This document shows, in pieces, positions 11,944-23,593 of a DNA stretch of 51,184 nt. The notes beneath the pieces were generated by a model. The model worked only from the letters and a program-made list of their open reading frames with translations. It did no database searches and was not told the origin of the DNA. Made by a program: the position numbers and the translations under genes. Source of the stretch: Chara braunii (Eukaryota; Plantae; Charophyceae); the NCBI GenBank assembly GCA_003427395.1, contig BFEA01000008.1, positions 1,820,695 to 1,871,878 of the forward strand, written 5' to 3'. Each line of letters starts with the position of its first letter. Position 1 is the first letter of the stretch.

Positions 11944-14231
11944 CTAGGGGCACTGTTCTATTACCTCGTCGCACAAGTGCTTTGAGATGACCAACTGTCC
12001 TTTGCCCGTAAATGATACCCTTTTAAACCTGGTGTTCCATGTGTTCTGCATTACGCTTCTCGCTCCCGAGTTATTTAGTGTTCTTTTGGCCCTGCGTACC
12101 TTCCACCATTCTGCACAAATGGGATTACGGATCGGAAACTTGAATTTGTTGTGAATGACTGTCGGGGACCAGTACTTGTTGTTGAATCTTTTGTCCCTCC
12201 TTGCCATCCACAACACCCAAAAGCCCATGACTCTAAATTTATTGGATATAGTAGCCACTTGATCTATGTTACGGTTTCCATAGAGAATAAAGTCCTTGGT
12301 CCAACCGTAGGCCAAATGCCACAGGCTGCTCACCCAGTCCCATAAGCCTCTTGCCACAATGCATTCCCACCACAGGTGACCCGAGTCCTCCAACGATTCA
12401 TGCGTACAGACATCGCAGTGGGGAGAGACATCCATGCCGTTACTGGCGCACCAGTCTGCCGTTGGTACACATGAATGGAGATGTAGCCGCTGTGGACAGG
12501 CTACCTTAACTTTCATTGCATTGAGAAGCAAAGTAATGAAGAATTTGGCCAATGTTTTATTGAACAGAGGGTCATTTTCAGGTGTTCCTCTCCTTTTCCA
12601 ACTGTTCCATACACAGATCTGCATAGTAGATGCACTCGATTGCAGAGAATAACTGAGTTTGGAAGAGTAGTCTTTTAACATGATGCTTGAGAAGGATGAG
12701 GACTCATCCGACATGATTCAGCCTATCCTCCCGATATCCGCTTTCCATTCGTCTTTCGGAAAATCATCCACTATGAGCTTGAATTGTCGCCTGCCCTTAT
12801 GTATGTTCTCCGAGACTCCGATTTCTACCCAATTGTCACCGTCCTGGAGGGATGGCCCTCAAGGTTGTTTGATCAGAAATGTTTTTCCCCTGGTCCAAAC
12901 TGAGGTTGTTGAGGGAGGAGACTCAATCCGATAAATTCAGCCGTCGCAACCTTCCTTCCTCCGCCATGATCCTGCTGGTTTGCCGCCGTTATCTTTCTTG
13001 ATGACCTGAATCCACTCTTCAGGTAGAGCCTGGGTTAACCGAGTTTTGTTCTGCTCTATATTGCGAAGACTTCTCAGTTTGCTTCTCAGTTCTTCCATTG
13101 TTCTCCATTGACCCTTTTCTTCGTTCCACAGATGTCGGATCTGCCATACAGCTTTCTGTAGCCACTTCCTTGCGAAATTGTCAGGTTCCTTAGATACAGA
13201 GAAGGGTGTGCCATCAGCGTCAGTAATAGATGGGTTATCATATAGGCACGTGTGGAGGATCTCGCTTTTAATAGACGGATTAGATATGGTGTACGGGAGT
13301 ATAGGGGATTTGACCGAAGTGATTAGAGGGTGGATAAGGATGGTTTGCCTTACTGATTCCGGATCAGGCAGGTTTCAATCTTTGCACAACAAGGTCTGTG
13401 CTAGGATCATCCATGGTTGAGTGCAAGCCTCACTGGCCATTTGGCCAGCTGGGCATCGTTTTGTTTCTCCAGATCCAGGATTCCTAGGCCACCCTGGGTT
13501 TATTTTTCAGTCAGTTTCCACCAAGCTACTTTACTGATGCACGATTCGACTCTTGAGTCCCTTGACTCCCCTTTCCATATGTACTGGATGATAAGTTGTC
13601 TGATGAGTCTGGCGGATTTCGGATTCAGTGCCCTAATGGAAACGATGTCCCGAACTGTAAACAACACCGCACAGTTCGTTAGGAGAGCTGTTCCAAAAAG
13701 GAAGGAGTAGGAGTTTTTTGAACGTTTCGTTAAAGCTTCTCTGATTTTGTTCTACACTATACCATTTTGTTTCTGAGTGCAGTCCCCGAAGGAGACCCAA
13801 GGTTGCGTTCTGATTCAGTCTTCCTAGTGTATTTGATGCCCATATCCAAAGTTAGATCCCTGTTGTCTGGGGTTAATGTCGTAGATTTCTTCCAATTTAT
13901 TTTCATTTCCAAAGTCGTCTCATAAATGGTTAAGCACTCTCTCAAGGCACCTAGGCAGGCTCGAGAGTTTCGGTTATTGTTGAAGAGTCATCTCCTCGTA
14001 ACGCGGTGAAACTCTCAATCCTGTGTACTCCTTGTGGGTTCTAATCATGTTCCAAAGTATTTCCAATTGGATCACGAAGAGTGAAGGGGCGAGGGGACAC
14101 CCCTGTCTCAGTGACCTAGTTACTGTGAACGGCGTGAAGGGCTCGGAAATAACACCATTAATCACCATTCTACCATGAGATCCATGGTAGAGGGCCTTTA
14201 CCCATTTTCTGAACCGGTTACCAAAACCCAC
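11944..14231 (-). pseudogene. LINE-B: 3' half of L1/Tx1-like ORF2 (RT C-half, zf-RVT), truncated near gap
   Basis: GFGNRFRKWVKALY, SLRQGCPLAPSLF, CDVCTHESLEDSGHLWWEC, WVLWMARRDKRF. Confidence 0.92.
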
Positions 14232-14303
14232 CTTTTTTTAAAAAAAACGCCCCCTCCCCGATAGAGAGATTTTTTTTTTTTTTTTTTGGGGGGGGGGGGG
14301 GGG

Positions 14304-14320
14304 NNNNNNNNNNNNNNNNN
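14304..14320. other. Assembly gap (N run)
   Basis: Run of N. Confidence 0.99.
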
Positions 14321-16027
14321 CACTAGGGCCAGAGAATGCAGATGGAGGGGGGGGTGGCTCGCGGTGACAGACATACTAGGGCCAGAGAATGCAGATGGAG
14401 ATGGGGTAATGATAGGGGGTGGAATAATGAAGGGGGAGTAATGTGAAGAAAGGAGGGGGAAGAGTAGGAGGAGGAAGAAGGGGGGAGGGGGGGCGGTCCG
14501 CTGTAACAGTCTCTTTCTCTTTTTTTTTTTTTTGATTCTACAGTTATTGCCTTCGATTATCTTAATTCAGCAGGACCTGGCTGGGGAATCTTTGTTTCGT
14601 GGGGGGAAATAGGAGAAAAAAAAAGGGCAAGGCGGGGAAATGAGGCTTGGGGAGGGAGAGACACATGCACCTCTTCAACTTGTCAACATCTCTTGTTTTC
14701 CGCTGTTTCTTCCATGCCAGAAGCTTCTCTCCAGATGCTGTTCCTTTATCTTTGAATCTCTGCATTTCCCTGCTACCCTATCCCTTGACTCTTTTCCAGA
14801 CCTTGAGCTTTGACTCTGACTTCTTCCTTCTGGCCTAGATTTTACTGAGAGGAGGTAGGAAAAACGGAAGTAGAGAGACTACTGTTTTCCTGTTGACGTC
14901 TCACTCTAACCTTAATTAGATGTAGCACCAACCATCCTGAACTTCCTTCTGTCGACAACGCCTCTTACCCCCTAACGAGGAACCAGGGGATTTGACTCTA
15001 CGAGTAACTGACTCCTTCGAGCCCTATGGCCTCCAAGGAATATCTAGGGCTTCACGTATTCGCATTCTATTAATGGCATCACTTTTGACTCAAATTGCAT
15101 TTGCCCCCTCTGATGCTGTCGTTCCCTTTTACGTGCAATTGCAATCAGTGGCTATGTACTTGCAATCTATTAATAGCTTCGTCATTGACCCAAATTTTAT
15201 TTGCCACCTCCCTATGTTACGCAATTGCAATCAGTAGCTATCACTCCTGCTACTGTGGAGAATGCTCTGATGAGAAGATAATTTGTTCTCCCTTGACGAA
15301 GATCTCCACTCGGGACACTTGTCACCTCTGAAATCATTTGCTGACAACCCTGCTTTTCACACACACTTCCATTTGCTAGGCAACACTCCGCTATACTCCA
15401 GTCACTAAGGAGTACTCCCAAGTGAAGACACAGCAAATGCCTTCCCTACGAAGGCCACCGCTCCGGAGTACTACACTACACTCGGAACACCTGTCACGAC
15501 CAGTGACACGTGTCAGGAACTCGCTGCACGTCAGCCCGTGACGTGTCCAGTTCCAAGGTGCCCACCATTCCGCACGCGTGCGGGCAAACTGACAGAGAAC
15601 TTTTGATTCTAAAACCTAAAGCCAGAGGAAGCTCAAAATTGCAAGATTTCCGTAAATAGTAATTTGGCGTAGGAGAACTTACTAATTATGGAATGGACCG
15701 TGCGTGGACTGGGATGCGATCCGGTCGGGCCGTGTGAGTCTGCGCTGAGGAACCAGGGGAATAGTATTACACGATTAATATGGAAGAGGGACAGAGCAGG
15801 TGGAGAGAGGAGATTACAATACCTGAAAAGTTCGCACAGACCAAAGAGGCAGAATTCACCAGGCTGCTTCGTACTGTACCTTCAAAACAGAGGAGACAGA
15901 AATCTTCGACTCATGTGTGCTGCTGTAGCGGAACGCCTTCCATAGGCCCTACGCTGGTAACTCTGGCCGTAACCTGGTAAACTGGACGCAGAACGATAAG
16001 GGTTGATGGGAACCGGCCCCCACACAT

Positions 16028-16105
16028 GCCGCCCAACCCAGCGTAATGCTAACTCGTTGGGTGAGAGCCGCCCAACCCAGCGGAATGCTAACTCTTTGGG
16101 TGAGA
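16028..16105. repeat. 39-bp tandem duplication
   Basis: GCCGCCCAACCCAGCG.AATGCTAACTC.TTGGGTGAGA twice. Confidence 0.9.
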
Positions 16106-16348
16106 GATGGGCGCACACGTTTCACCTTCCCTACCTCTTTTAATTTTTTTGTTGTTCGCTTTTTTTTGTTCTTCTTTTTTTTCTTTTTTTAATTTGGATC
16201 ATTTCTCTATTTACGCGTGTCATCTTTGTGCAGGGGTGCCAGGGGCCATGCTAATCCTCTCTCTCTGTATAGATCCGGTTTTAAAGGATGTCCCGAGGAA
16301 CAGGTTTCTTTTTTTTTTTTTTTTTAAACCAAAAACAAGCATTATTGT

Positions 16349-16374
16349 ATGCTGGGAACCGGGCCCAGCGTCCC
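16349..16374. ncRNA. Structured repeat module, copy B (central hairpin only)
   Basis: ATGCTGGGAACCGGGCCCAGCGTCCC. Confidence 0.55.
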
Positions 16375-17005
16375 TTAACAAAGGTGCCGCAGTTCTTGAG
16401 CTGAGAAAAGCACTTCGGCCAAGCAGAGCCCAGACCATGGTAATCCAAATCAACAAAAACACGAAACCCAACTCACCTTCCCCTCTACAAACTTTTTTCT
16501 CTCTTTTCCTTTTTTTTTCTTTTTTTTTCTTTCTTTCTCTTTTTCTTCTTTTTTTTCCTTCTTCTTCTCCTTCTTTTTTTTTTTTTTTTTTTTTATTTCT
16601 CCCCCCGTAGTGATGGCGAAAACATCGAAGTACAACGGAGTACATCCATCAAATATTCGATGGACGCCGGGCCCACTAGCGGGGGTTTAGTTTATATTTC
16701 GTGTATTTATTTTTCAACGTGTGGTCACACCGTGGCCGTGGAATTTTCAGATAGGAAGGCAGGGAGCCCTGAATACCATACTTGAAACCAGAACTAAACC
16801 TCTACAAGTGGGGCATGGCCCCCTGTTTTATAATGCAAAGTTTCTCTCTTACATATGTTTGACAATGGATTCAAATTTGGGGGCAACAAGGAAGCACTGA
16901 AAGAAAACGAAAAGGCTGAAAAGATGTCCAGTACCGTTCTCGGCCTTTTGGCTACGATCAAGAGAACTCCTCTCGAAGGGTGTGAAATGTGAGAAATGTG
17001 GGACA

Positions 17006-17279
17006 TGTGCGAAATGTTCCGAATGAGTTCCGGCTAGAACACGGCCCGATGCGCCAGCCACATTTTCGTGGGTTTTCACATTTCGAGACTGGTGTGGCGA
17101 TGCCCCTCTGTTGTGAGTATAACCTCACCCGCGCAGTCCCCCCATTTATGACTAAGGCCATCGCCACCCCCCTCTCGAAATGTGCGAAATGAGAATGAAC
17201 TTCCCGCTAGAATGTGGCCAGATGCACCGGCCACAGTTTTGTCTTTTTCACATTTGGAGAGTGGTTTGGCGACGCCCTC
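17006..17279. repeat. ~174-bp-period direct repeat with internal inverted copy; likely subterminal region of a DNA transposon
   Basis: TGTGCGAAATG..GCTAGAA..GATGC.CC.GCCACA.TTT..TTTTCACATTT.GAGA.TGGT.TGGCGA.GCCC at 17006 and ~17180; 17160-17190 is an inverted copy of 17074-17101. Confidence 0.6.
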
Positions 17280-17310
17280 AGGGAAACACGGCCCTAACAT
17301 GTCCAGCAGT

Positions 17311-17354
<44 letters not shown>

Positions 17355-17378
17355 GTGTGGGGGGGGGGGGGGAAAAAT

Positions 17379-17514
17379 GCCCCAATCTATTCGTGGGGAG
17401 CCGCACGTGCTGGGAACCGGGCCCAGCATCCCATTTGAAACATGAAACGTATTTGAGAACATATACAGGAAAACTTTGAGATACCGGGGCTTTTACCCGA
17501 CTTTGTCTGAGAAT
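17379..17514. ncRNA. Structured repeat module, copy C (complete)
   Basis: GCCCCAATCTATTCGTGGGGAGCCGCACGTGCTGGGAACCGGGCCCAGCATCCC, ~50-nt spacer, CCGGGGCTTTTACCCGACTTTGTCTGAGAAT. Confidence 0.65.
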
Positions 17515-17812
17515 AGGATCATGAGCAATTACTAGCCTATTCGATGAAGAACCCCACGAAATAGGCTAAAATTCAGAAAAAGTTTGAAAAAGTCTGAAAA
17601 ACTATGAGAAGTCTTTCTAAGCTACACAAAGTTTTTTTTTTTTTTTTAATGTTTGAAGAAACTTGGGAAAATATGAGAGCAGAGGGTAAGAAATGACCCC
17701 ACCTACTGTCAAAAAATCCGCCCCTCAACAGACGGAACATCAGTCCAGGCTTTTACTCCTCGTACCATAACTCACTTGATCTCATACCCCCTTCTGCTAG
17801 GGTAATACGGCA
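17379..17812 (-). repeat. Inverted partial copy of the PLE-associated repeat unit (inverted pLTR-like)
   Basis: The reverse complement of ~17740-17812 (CCCTAGCAGAAGGGGGTATGAGATCAAGTGAGTTATGGTACGAGG) matches ~19635-19680 and ~20283-20330. It ends with the same module as the unit ending at 20654. Confidence 0.75.
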
Positions 17813-18245
17813 AGGACTGCTTGCAAAAAATTCCAATTTCCCCTATCATACGCCTTTTCAAAATCTATCAGTAGTATTGTTGTATTAGACCCCGTAGTAT
17901 TTATGAGGTCTGTAGTCTGTGATAGTACCATAATATTGTAAAGAACCAATCTTCTTGGTACGAATCCTGACTTGTCAGGGTTTACTAGTCTAGTCATGAA
18001 TGGGGCCAATCGCCTACATAGGGTTTTGACCAGTATCTTGCCAACGACATTTAGGAGGGAGATTGGATGATAATTTCTAACGTTTAATCTCTCTCCTTTC
18101 TTGTAGAGGAGCGTTATTACTCTTTCTGTGGAGCTTGCACTTAATTTTTTATCCTGTAATATATTATTAAATATTCTGAGTAAATCTGGTTCCAACAGGG
18201 GCCAGAATTGATCATAGAACTCAATGGGGAAACCATCAGGAATTC
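17812..18245 (-). pseudogene. Isolated LINE RT fragment
   Basis: PDGFPIEFY..VITLLYKKG..NYHPISLLN..GFVPRR..IDFEKAYDR. Confidence 0.9.
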
Positions 18246-18361
18246 ACGTCGATGCGTGCATCCAGCTGGCCTTGTGCTGGATTGCCCTCCCCCAAGAGGA
18301 ACGGGCACGTATCTTTCCGGATCGGCGATTTGACAGATGTACCACGGATAGTGCTAAACGC

Positions 18362-19018
18362 GTCTTGATTCAGCAGGTCATCGGCATACCAATGGGAAAA
18401 AGTTCAAGTCCCCCATTAGCATGTCTGATGTGTGTCAAGCACGAATGAGATTTTCAGGTTTCCCTTGGAAGGTAGCAACGAATTTTGGTTGGGTTACGTT
18501 TTGTGGATGAGGTTTCTGTTTTCGCGGCTTACAATCGAAAGAGAAAAGGAGCCAAAAATATTGCAGAGAAGATACTGGTCAATTTCGAACAGTGTTACAA
18601 TAAAGCTCTGACACTCAAACGAACGGATGAGGGGGAGGACGGTTGGAATTTCTTGGGTTGTAGATTGTCGATAAAACAGGAATTCCCATATCTGGGGGCT
18701 GTATAGATCATGAAGAACGAAGAGCAGCTGCGAAAAGGGGACGAACTACCCTTCCGCACCTTCCAAGATTTCGATTCTTGGAATTGTAAACAGACAAAGA
18801 TGGCTAATATAATGAGTGCGTTGCACCGGATTGAGTACAATTCGTTCATGGGGATGGAGTTGTTCGATACGCTGATTTTGTTGAGGAAGGAACTATGAAA
18901 GAGGAACTATCCAAAACCATGGTTCGGTATGATGCTTCAAAATTTCAGTAGAGGACGGAGCCCAATATGAAGGTTGTTTTCCTTACTACTGACCGACAAA
19001 TCTTACAAACAGATATGA
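18362..19018 (+). pseudogene. Penelope-like element reverse transcriptase, C-terminal half and thumb, 5' truncated
   Basis: One frame with in-frame stops: QQVIGIPMGKSSSPPLA, LRFVDE, NFLGC, KRNYP. The Q-x-x-G-x-P-M-G-x-x-x-S-P-x-L-A and NYP motifs are PLE-type. No GIY-YIG follows. Confidence 0.85.
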
Positions 19019-19439
19019 GTGTACTGGATTTGATAGATAGGGACCAGGGTTTTTCCTTTCGGGAAGTGGAATATTTTTGCACTTGGTTTTGAAAGATAGC
19101 TATGATTTTTGCCCTCTAGTTTTGCCCTTCTGGGAAGTAGGACCTTTTCGGTCCATTCCTGAGGTCAATAGGAGACTTGAAGCGTTGGTCTGTTTTTTGC
19201 CTTGCGGTGAGAACTACGATAGGAGCCAAACTTAAGCCAGAGGGACTCGTATCTGATGTTCCTGAGTTTTCGAAAATTTCTTAAAACTCTTAAAAAGTTA
19301 TTTGGTAAGAAGGAAGGGGAAGGTTGGTTTTAGCAGGGTGGTGCTTGGGCAGAGGACTGATGAGTGTCTAGGGTGGTAGGTCTATTAGAAGGGTGGGGTG
19401 GGGTAACAATGATCGGTGTTGGAGCAGTTGCTCTGTAAC

Positions 19440-20654
19440 CAGGCGAGCTTGAGACTATTGGAGCTATGCCGAAGGTGGAAGGCATAACCATCTTGTTCAA
19501 CGTAGCTCATGCTGGGGTAGTGACCCTGTAACTTTGGGGACTGTGCAGCTAAGGAAGTTGTCGAGGGAGGAAGACACTTCCTGTCCGTCAAAACTAGTTC
19601 GGTCGGTACAGGGGCATTTGGTGTTGTCTTGTCGCCCTAGCAAGGGGGTATGAGATCTAGCGAGTTCTGGTACGAGGACTGAATGCCTGAGCATTAGTCT
19701 TTCCTCTGCGGTGCAAGGAAGGAGCGGGATCGTGGGGGATTTTGTTTTCCTGTCTTCCTGCTTTTTAGGCTGATGTTCTTAGTTTAAGAATGATTAAGAT
19801 TCCTGAAAAAAAGGATCCGGATAGGGTTGTTTCCGGTAGTTGTCTAAGGAGTTTCTTAGCTGAAGCTGGGTAATGGTCCCGGTATCTCACAGAGCGACTA
19901 TACAGAGATTTGCCTATGATCAGGGAGATTGTGGATAGAATGTCAAGGGGGGAAGGAGAACGTGAGAACGGGAAGATGGGAGGAAGCAAGGGGGGCTTAA
20001 CATGGGAAGGGACGTCTGTCTAAGTAAGTAGGGCAAAAAGACAAAGTTGGGACGACGCAGGCCGATGCTGGAGCTTTTGCTCTATAACTTGGGGGAGCAA
20101 GAGGCCTGTGGAGTTATGTCGAGGGAGGAAGGCATAACCAGTTTGTCCAACGTAGCTAATGTCGGGGGTTTTTCCCTGTAACTTAAGGGCGTGTGGCTAA
20201 TCGAGAGTGTAGAGGGAGGAAGGCACTCTTTGCCGTTTGAACCAGGCTGGTCGGTACAGGGGAAGTTTCTGTTGCTCTGTAACCCTAGCATAGGGGGGTA
20301 TAAGATCAGTTGAGTTCTGGTACGATGACTAAACGTTTGGACTTAACATTTTTTCGTTGTTGAAGGGGAGGTGTAAACAGTATGAGGTTTTAGTTAGGAG
20401 CTTTCGTTTCCAGGTTTGATTGTGATTGGGTAGATCATAGGCAGTTTTTTTCCTGAGAACTGCAGTTGTTAAAAAAAAAAGTTGTTTCTCATAGGTTTTT
20501 GCAGGTTCGGTAATCGACTGATTGTTTTCCTAGCCGAAGCCGGGTAAGGGCCCCGGAACTTCAAATGTGTTACAGATTCTCAGTTGTACTTCAAATGGGA
20601 TGCTGAGCCCGGTTCTCAGCACGTGATGCTCCCCACGAACAGATTGGAGTTTTT
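19440..20654 (+). repeat. Two diverged tandem ~650-bp units downstream of the PLE RT (pLTR-like)
   Basis: 19458-19695 aligns with 20108-20345. Each unit carries the module: AGCTGAAGCTGGGTAATGGTCCCGG at ~19858 with a remnant GGGACG..GATGCTGGAGCTTTT at ~20049, and a full copy at 20527-20654. Confidence 0.8.
20527..20654. ncRNA. Structured repeat module, copy D (complete, opposite orientation to the others)
   Basis: Reverse complement CTCCAATCTGTTCGTGGGGAGCATCACGTGCTGAGAACCGGGCTCAGCATCCC..CCGGGGCCCTTACCCGGCTTCGGCT. GCTGAG/CTCAGC is compensatory versus GCTGGG/CCCAGC. Confidence 0.65.
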
Positions 20655-20974
20655 NNNNNNNNNNNNNNNNNNNNNNNNNNNNNNNNNNNNNNNNNNNNNN
20701 NNNNNNNNNNNNNNNNNNNNNNNNNNNNNNNNNNNNNNNNNNNNNNNNNNNNNNNNNNNNNNNNNNNNNNNNNNNNNNNNNNNNNNNNNNNNNNNNNNNN
20801 NNNNNNNNNNNNNNNNNNNNNNNNNNNNNNNNNNNNNNNNNNNNNNNNNNNNNNNNNNNNNNNNNNNNNNNNNNNNNNNNNNNNNNNNNNNNNNNNNNNN
20901 NNNNNNNNNNNNNNNNNNNNNNNNNNNNNNNNNNNNNNNNNNNNNNNNNNNNNNNNNNNNNNNNNNNNNNNNNN
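20655..20974. other. Assembly gap (N run)
   Basis: Run of N. Confidence 0.99.
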
Positions 20975-20980
20975 ATGGTC

Positions 20981-21016
<36 letters not shown>

Positions 21017-23071
21017 ACTGTTCCGACTATGTCATCCTCCTTCAAGGAGTACCCTCAGAGAGTCTGACCTTGCTTTTGTTGAAATTGACCTCTTCGCCCA
21101 AAATGGGGCGTCAGATGTGTCCTTTCCTATTTAGCCTTTTCAACAGTTAAATGAGAGTGTTGATCTGGGTGTCTAATCCTCTGTTCCCCTTGCCACTTCA
21201 AGTGTATCCCTTCCATACCATGGCATTGGAACCAAAGCGTTTTGGGGTGATGTGAAGAGACACGGGAACTCTTGAGCAGGGCGGAGAGGTAATGAGGGAT
21301 CCACCAGGGTCCAATCATTGAATTTCAACTTGTAGTTCATGTTGAGGTCATGTTCCTCCCCCGTATCAGCTCCCTCCCACTCCATCCTCCCTATTTTTCC
21401 CCCTTTCCTCCCCCCAGCCAGTTGCTGCTGATTTTTTGGAATGTTTCAATAATTTCTGTTTTAGATGAGTTGAATTGATTTTTTTCTATTAGATTGGTCC
21501 ATTGATCGTGTATGTGAGTTTGAATTTGTTGTTTTATGTTATCTGCAAATTCCGGACCATCTAATCTAGCGTGCTCCCATTCATAAGTGTTCCTTCTCTG
21601 CCAGATGGCCAAAGAACCGCTCTTCTACCTGGGGTGAAAAGGTTCTGAGTGAAGCTATGCTCCGGGTCTGGGGACCAGTGTGCCAGCAGAATTGCCTTCC
21701 ACTCCCAAGGGCATTTATGCATAGTTTCTAATTGCCCCCATATTTTGTCCCATCAACGCCACAGCCACATGGAGTCAGGGCACTCGAGGAAAATGTGTTC
21801 GATCGTTTCTGGTATCTTTCTACTTGGGTACGCAGATTTACAGAGTTTGCACCGTGGGTCTGCAATTCCTCTTTTCTCCAGGGAGGCTCTGTCTAGCAAC
21901 CAATCATTTGTGGGGAGACACCGGTGTTCAATCTGCCACTGAAGGGAGGCTACCTTGGAAGGTTTAGTCTTGGATTCTTTAAACCATTTAATGTTTCTCA
22001 GATCATCCTTGTTGATATTCAGCTGTTTCATCCATCTCTCCACCACCCTATCCTTCAGGTTTATTTTGAGTTTAATCATCCGGTAAGTTGATTTGACACA
22101 TAGGGTGTGTAGGTGTCTTCTAAAATTCCTGTTGAGCCTATTTCTGGTTCCCCACAACCAGCACGCAGAGTCAATGGGCAGGTCTGAGATGGGCGTAGAT
22201 GGTCTGAAGGCGAGACACGACTGTGCATCCAGCGGAATGACTTTGATTTTGAAGATATTTTCTACAGGCATCCATATTGGAACAAGATCATTGTTAAGGT
22301 TTATTACACTTTCATCTTTTACTACATATGGGGCAATTAAGGCCTCCTTGTCTGGGGATATGAGAATGACGTTACCTATCCTTCGTGAATTCTCCTTCGT
22401 GGCAACCCAACCACTTTCCTGGAATTTCTTCCCTCTCTTGAGCACTGTAAACCACTCAATGGGGATCAGTTCCACAATTTTGTCTAAATTACTTTGTACA
22501 TGGTGATACTGCTTTAGTTTTTTGTGGAGGAGATGTGGGGAAATCCAATTGAGAGAATCTTCATCCCAAATGTTCTTGATCCTAGTAACCCCCCTCCTAA
22601 TCCAACCCTTCCATAGATTATCATTACAATGTAGTGTGATGCCTTGGTGATCTCTTATCCAGATATTATTGAAAAGTGGTTGTTGATTAATCTCGTCCCA
22701 TCTTTGGGGGAAGTGTTTATCCGGTATGGGTAGCTTCCTCCAATTTTTTAGAATAGTTGGTCAGAAGGAATCTTTTATGATGACTTTTCTTACTGCTTCC
22801 CTGCTAGACATTTGAGTCGAGTCTATCTCTTTGGTTGTGCCTTTTGGGATCGACCAGTCCCTATTCTCTAACCACATGGCTGGATCTACGGCCTCCAATG
22901 TCTAGGGGGCCAGTCTTCTTAATTGTTTCCAAATCAGGCCACTCCAAGTGGTTTGAGGGTTGAGTAATAGTCTTTTGACCCATTGAATGAAGAGTGTCAT
23001 GGCTTGGAGTGCTGGGTCAATAATTCCCAATCCCCCCTTGGACTTTGGTTGGATGATTGAAGACCAGGCCA

Positions 23072-23593
23072 CAACAGAAAAATTCCCACGAGAAATGAAA
23101 GTTGAAAAAACATTCCATAAAAAAAAAATCCTTCATATTTATAAATTATCATTCTAATGTTTGTGCAATTTTAAAATTTTCAGTTTTATTTGATAAGTTT
23201 CCGTCTAAATATGAGTTTTCTCTTCCAACTATATCTATTTGTTCAAGATGGAATAAAAGTCTGCACAAATTTATGAAATATTTTAATTAAATTTTTATTT
23301 TACTACAAAAAATATCTTCTAATTTAGATTGGATTAAATTTTTTATGACTGAAAATCCTTACTTAGAATATCAGTCTAATTAAAATATTTCACGAACTCA
23401 TCCAGACTTCCAGTCCATCTCTACCATCCAATTCAAATAAGAAGGGATACCCCATTATTGGAAGGAAATTTTTCAAGTAAGACGGGAAATTTTAAAATTG
23501 GAATGACATTTTTTAAGATGGAATGAAAATTTGAAATTTAGAATGTAATTTTACTATAGAATGATTATTTAATTCCGGAAATTTTTTATGTTG
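23072..23593. mobile_element. AT-rich non-autonomous DNA transposon with 2-bp TSD (CA)
   Basis: Interrupts LINE-C where LINE-D is continuous. Termini CAACAGAAAAATTCC and GGAAATTTTTTATGTTG are imperfect TIRs; CA is duplicated at 23070-71 and 23594-95. Confidence 0.75.

Noticed and set aside
14321-14400. Direct repeat ACTAGGGCCAGAGAATGCAGATGGAG
   Set aside because: Adjacent to a gap and G-runs; may be an assembly artifact
14880-16000. Short ORFs on both strands
   Set aside because: No recognisable motifs; left unannotated
17379-17514. Module as a hairpin, twister or HDV ribozyme, tRNA-SINE, group II intron domain V, or CRISPR-like repeat
   Set aside because: Only short motif resemblances (CAUUACCCGG, CCGGUUCCCAGC); required pairings and A/B boxes are missing; copies are dispersed, not arrayed
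19350-19400. CTGATGA downstream of the PLE RT
   Set aside because: No stem II or GAAA; the same applies to CTGATGA at ~13600 and ~15267
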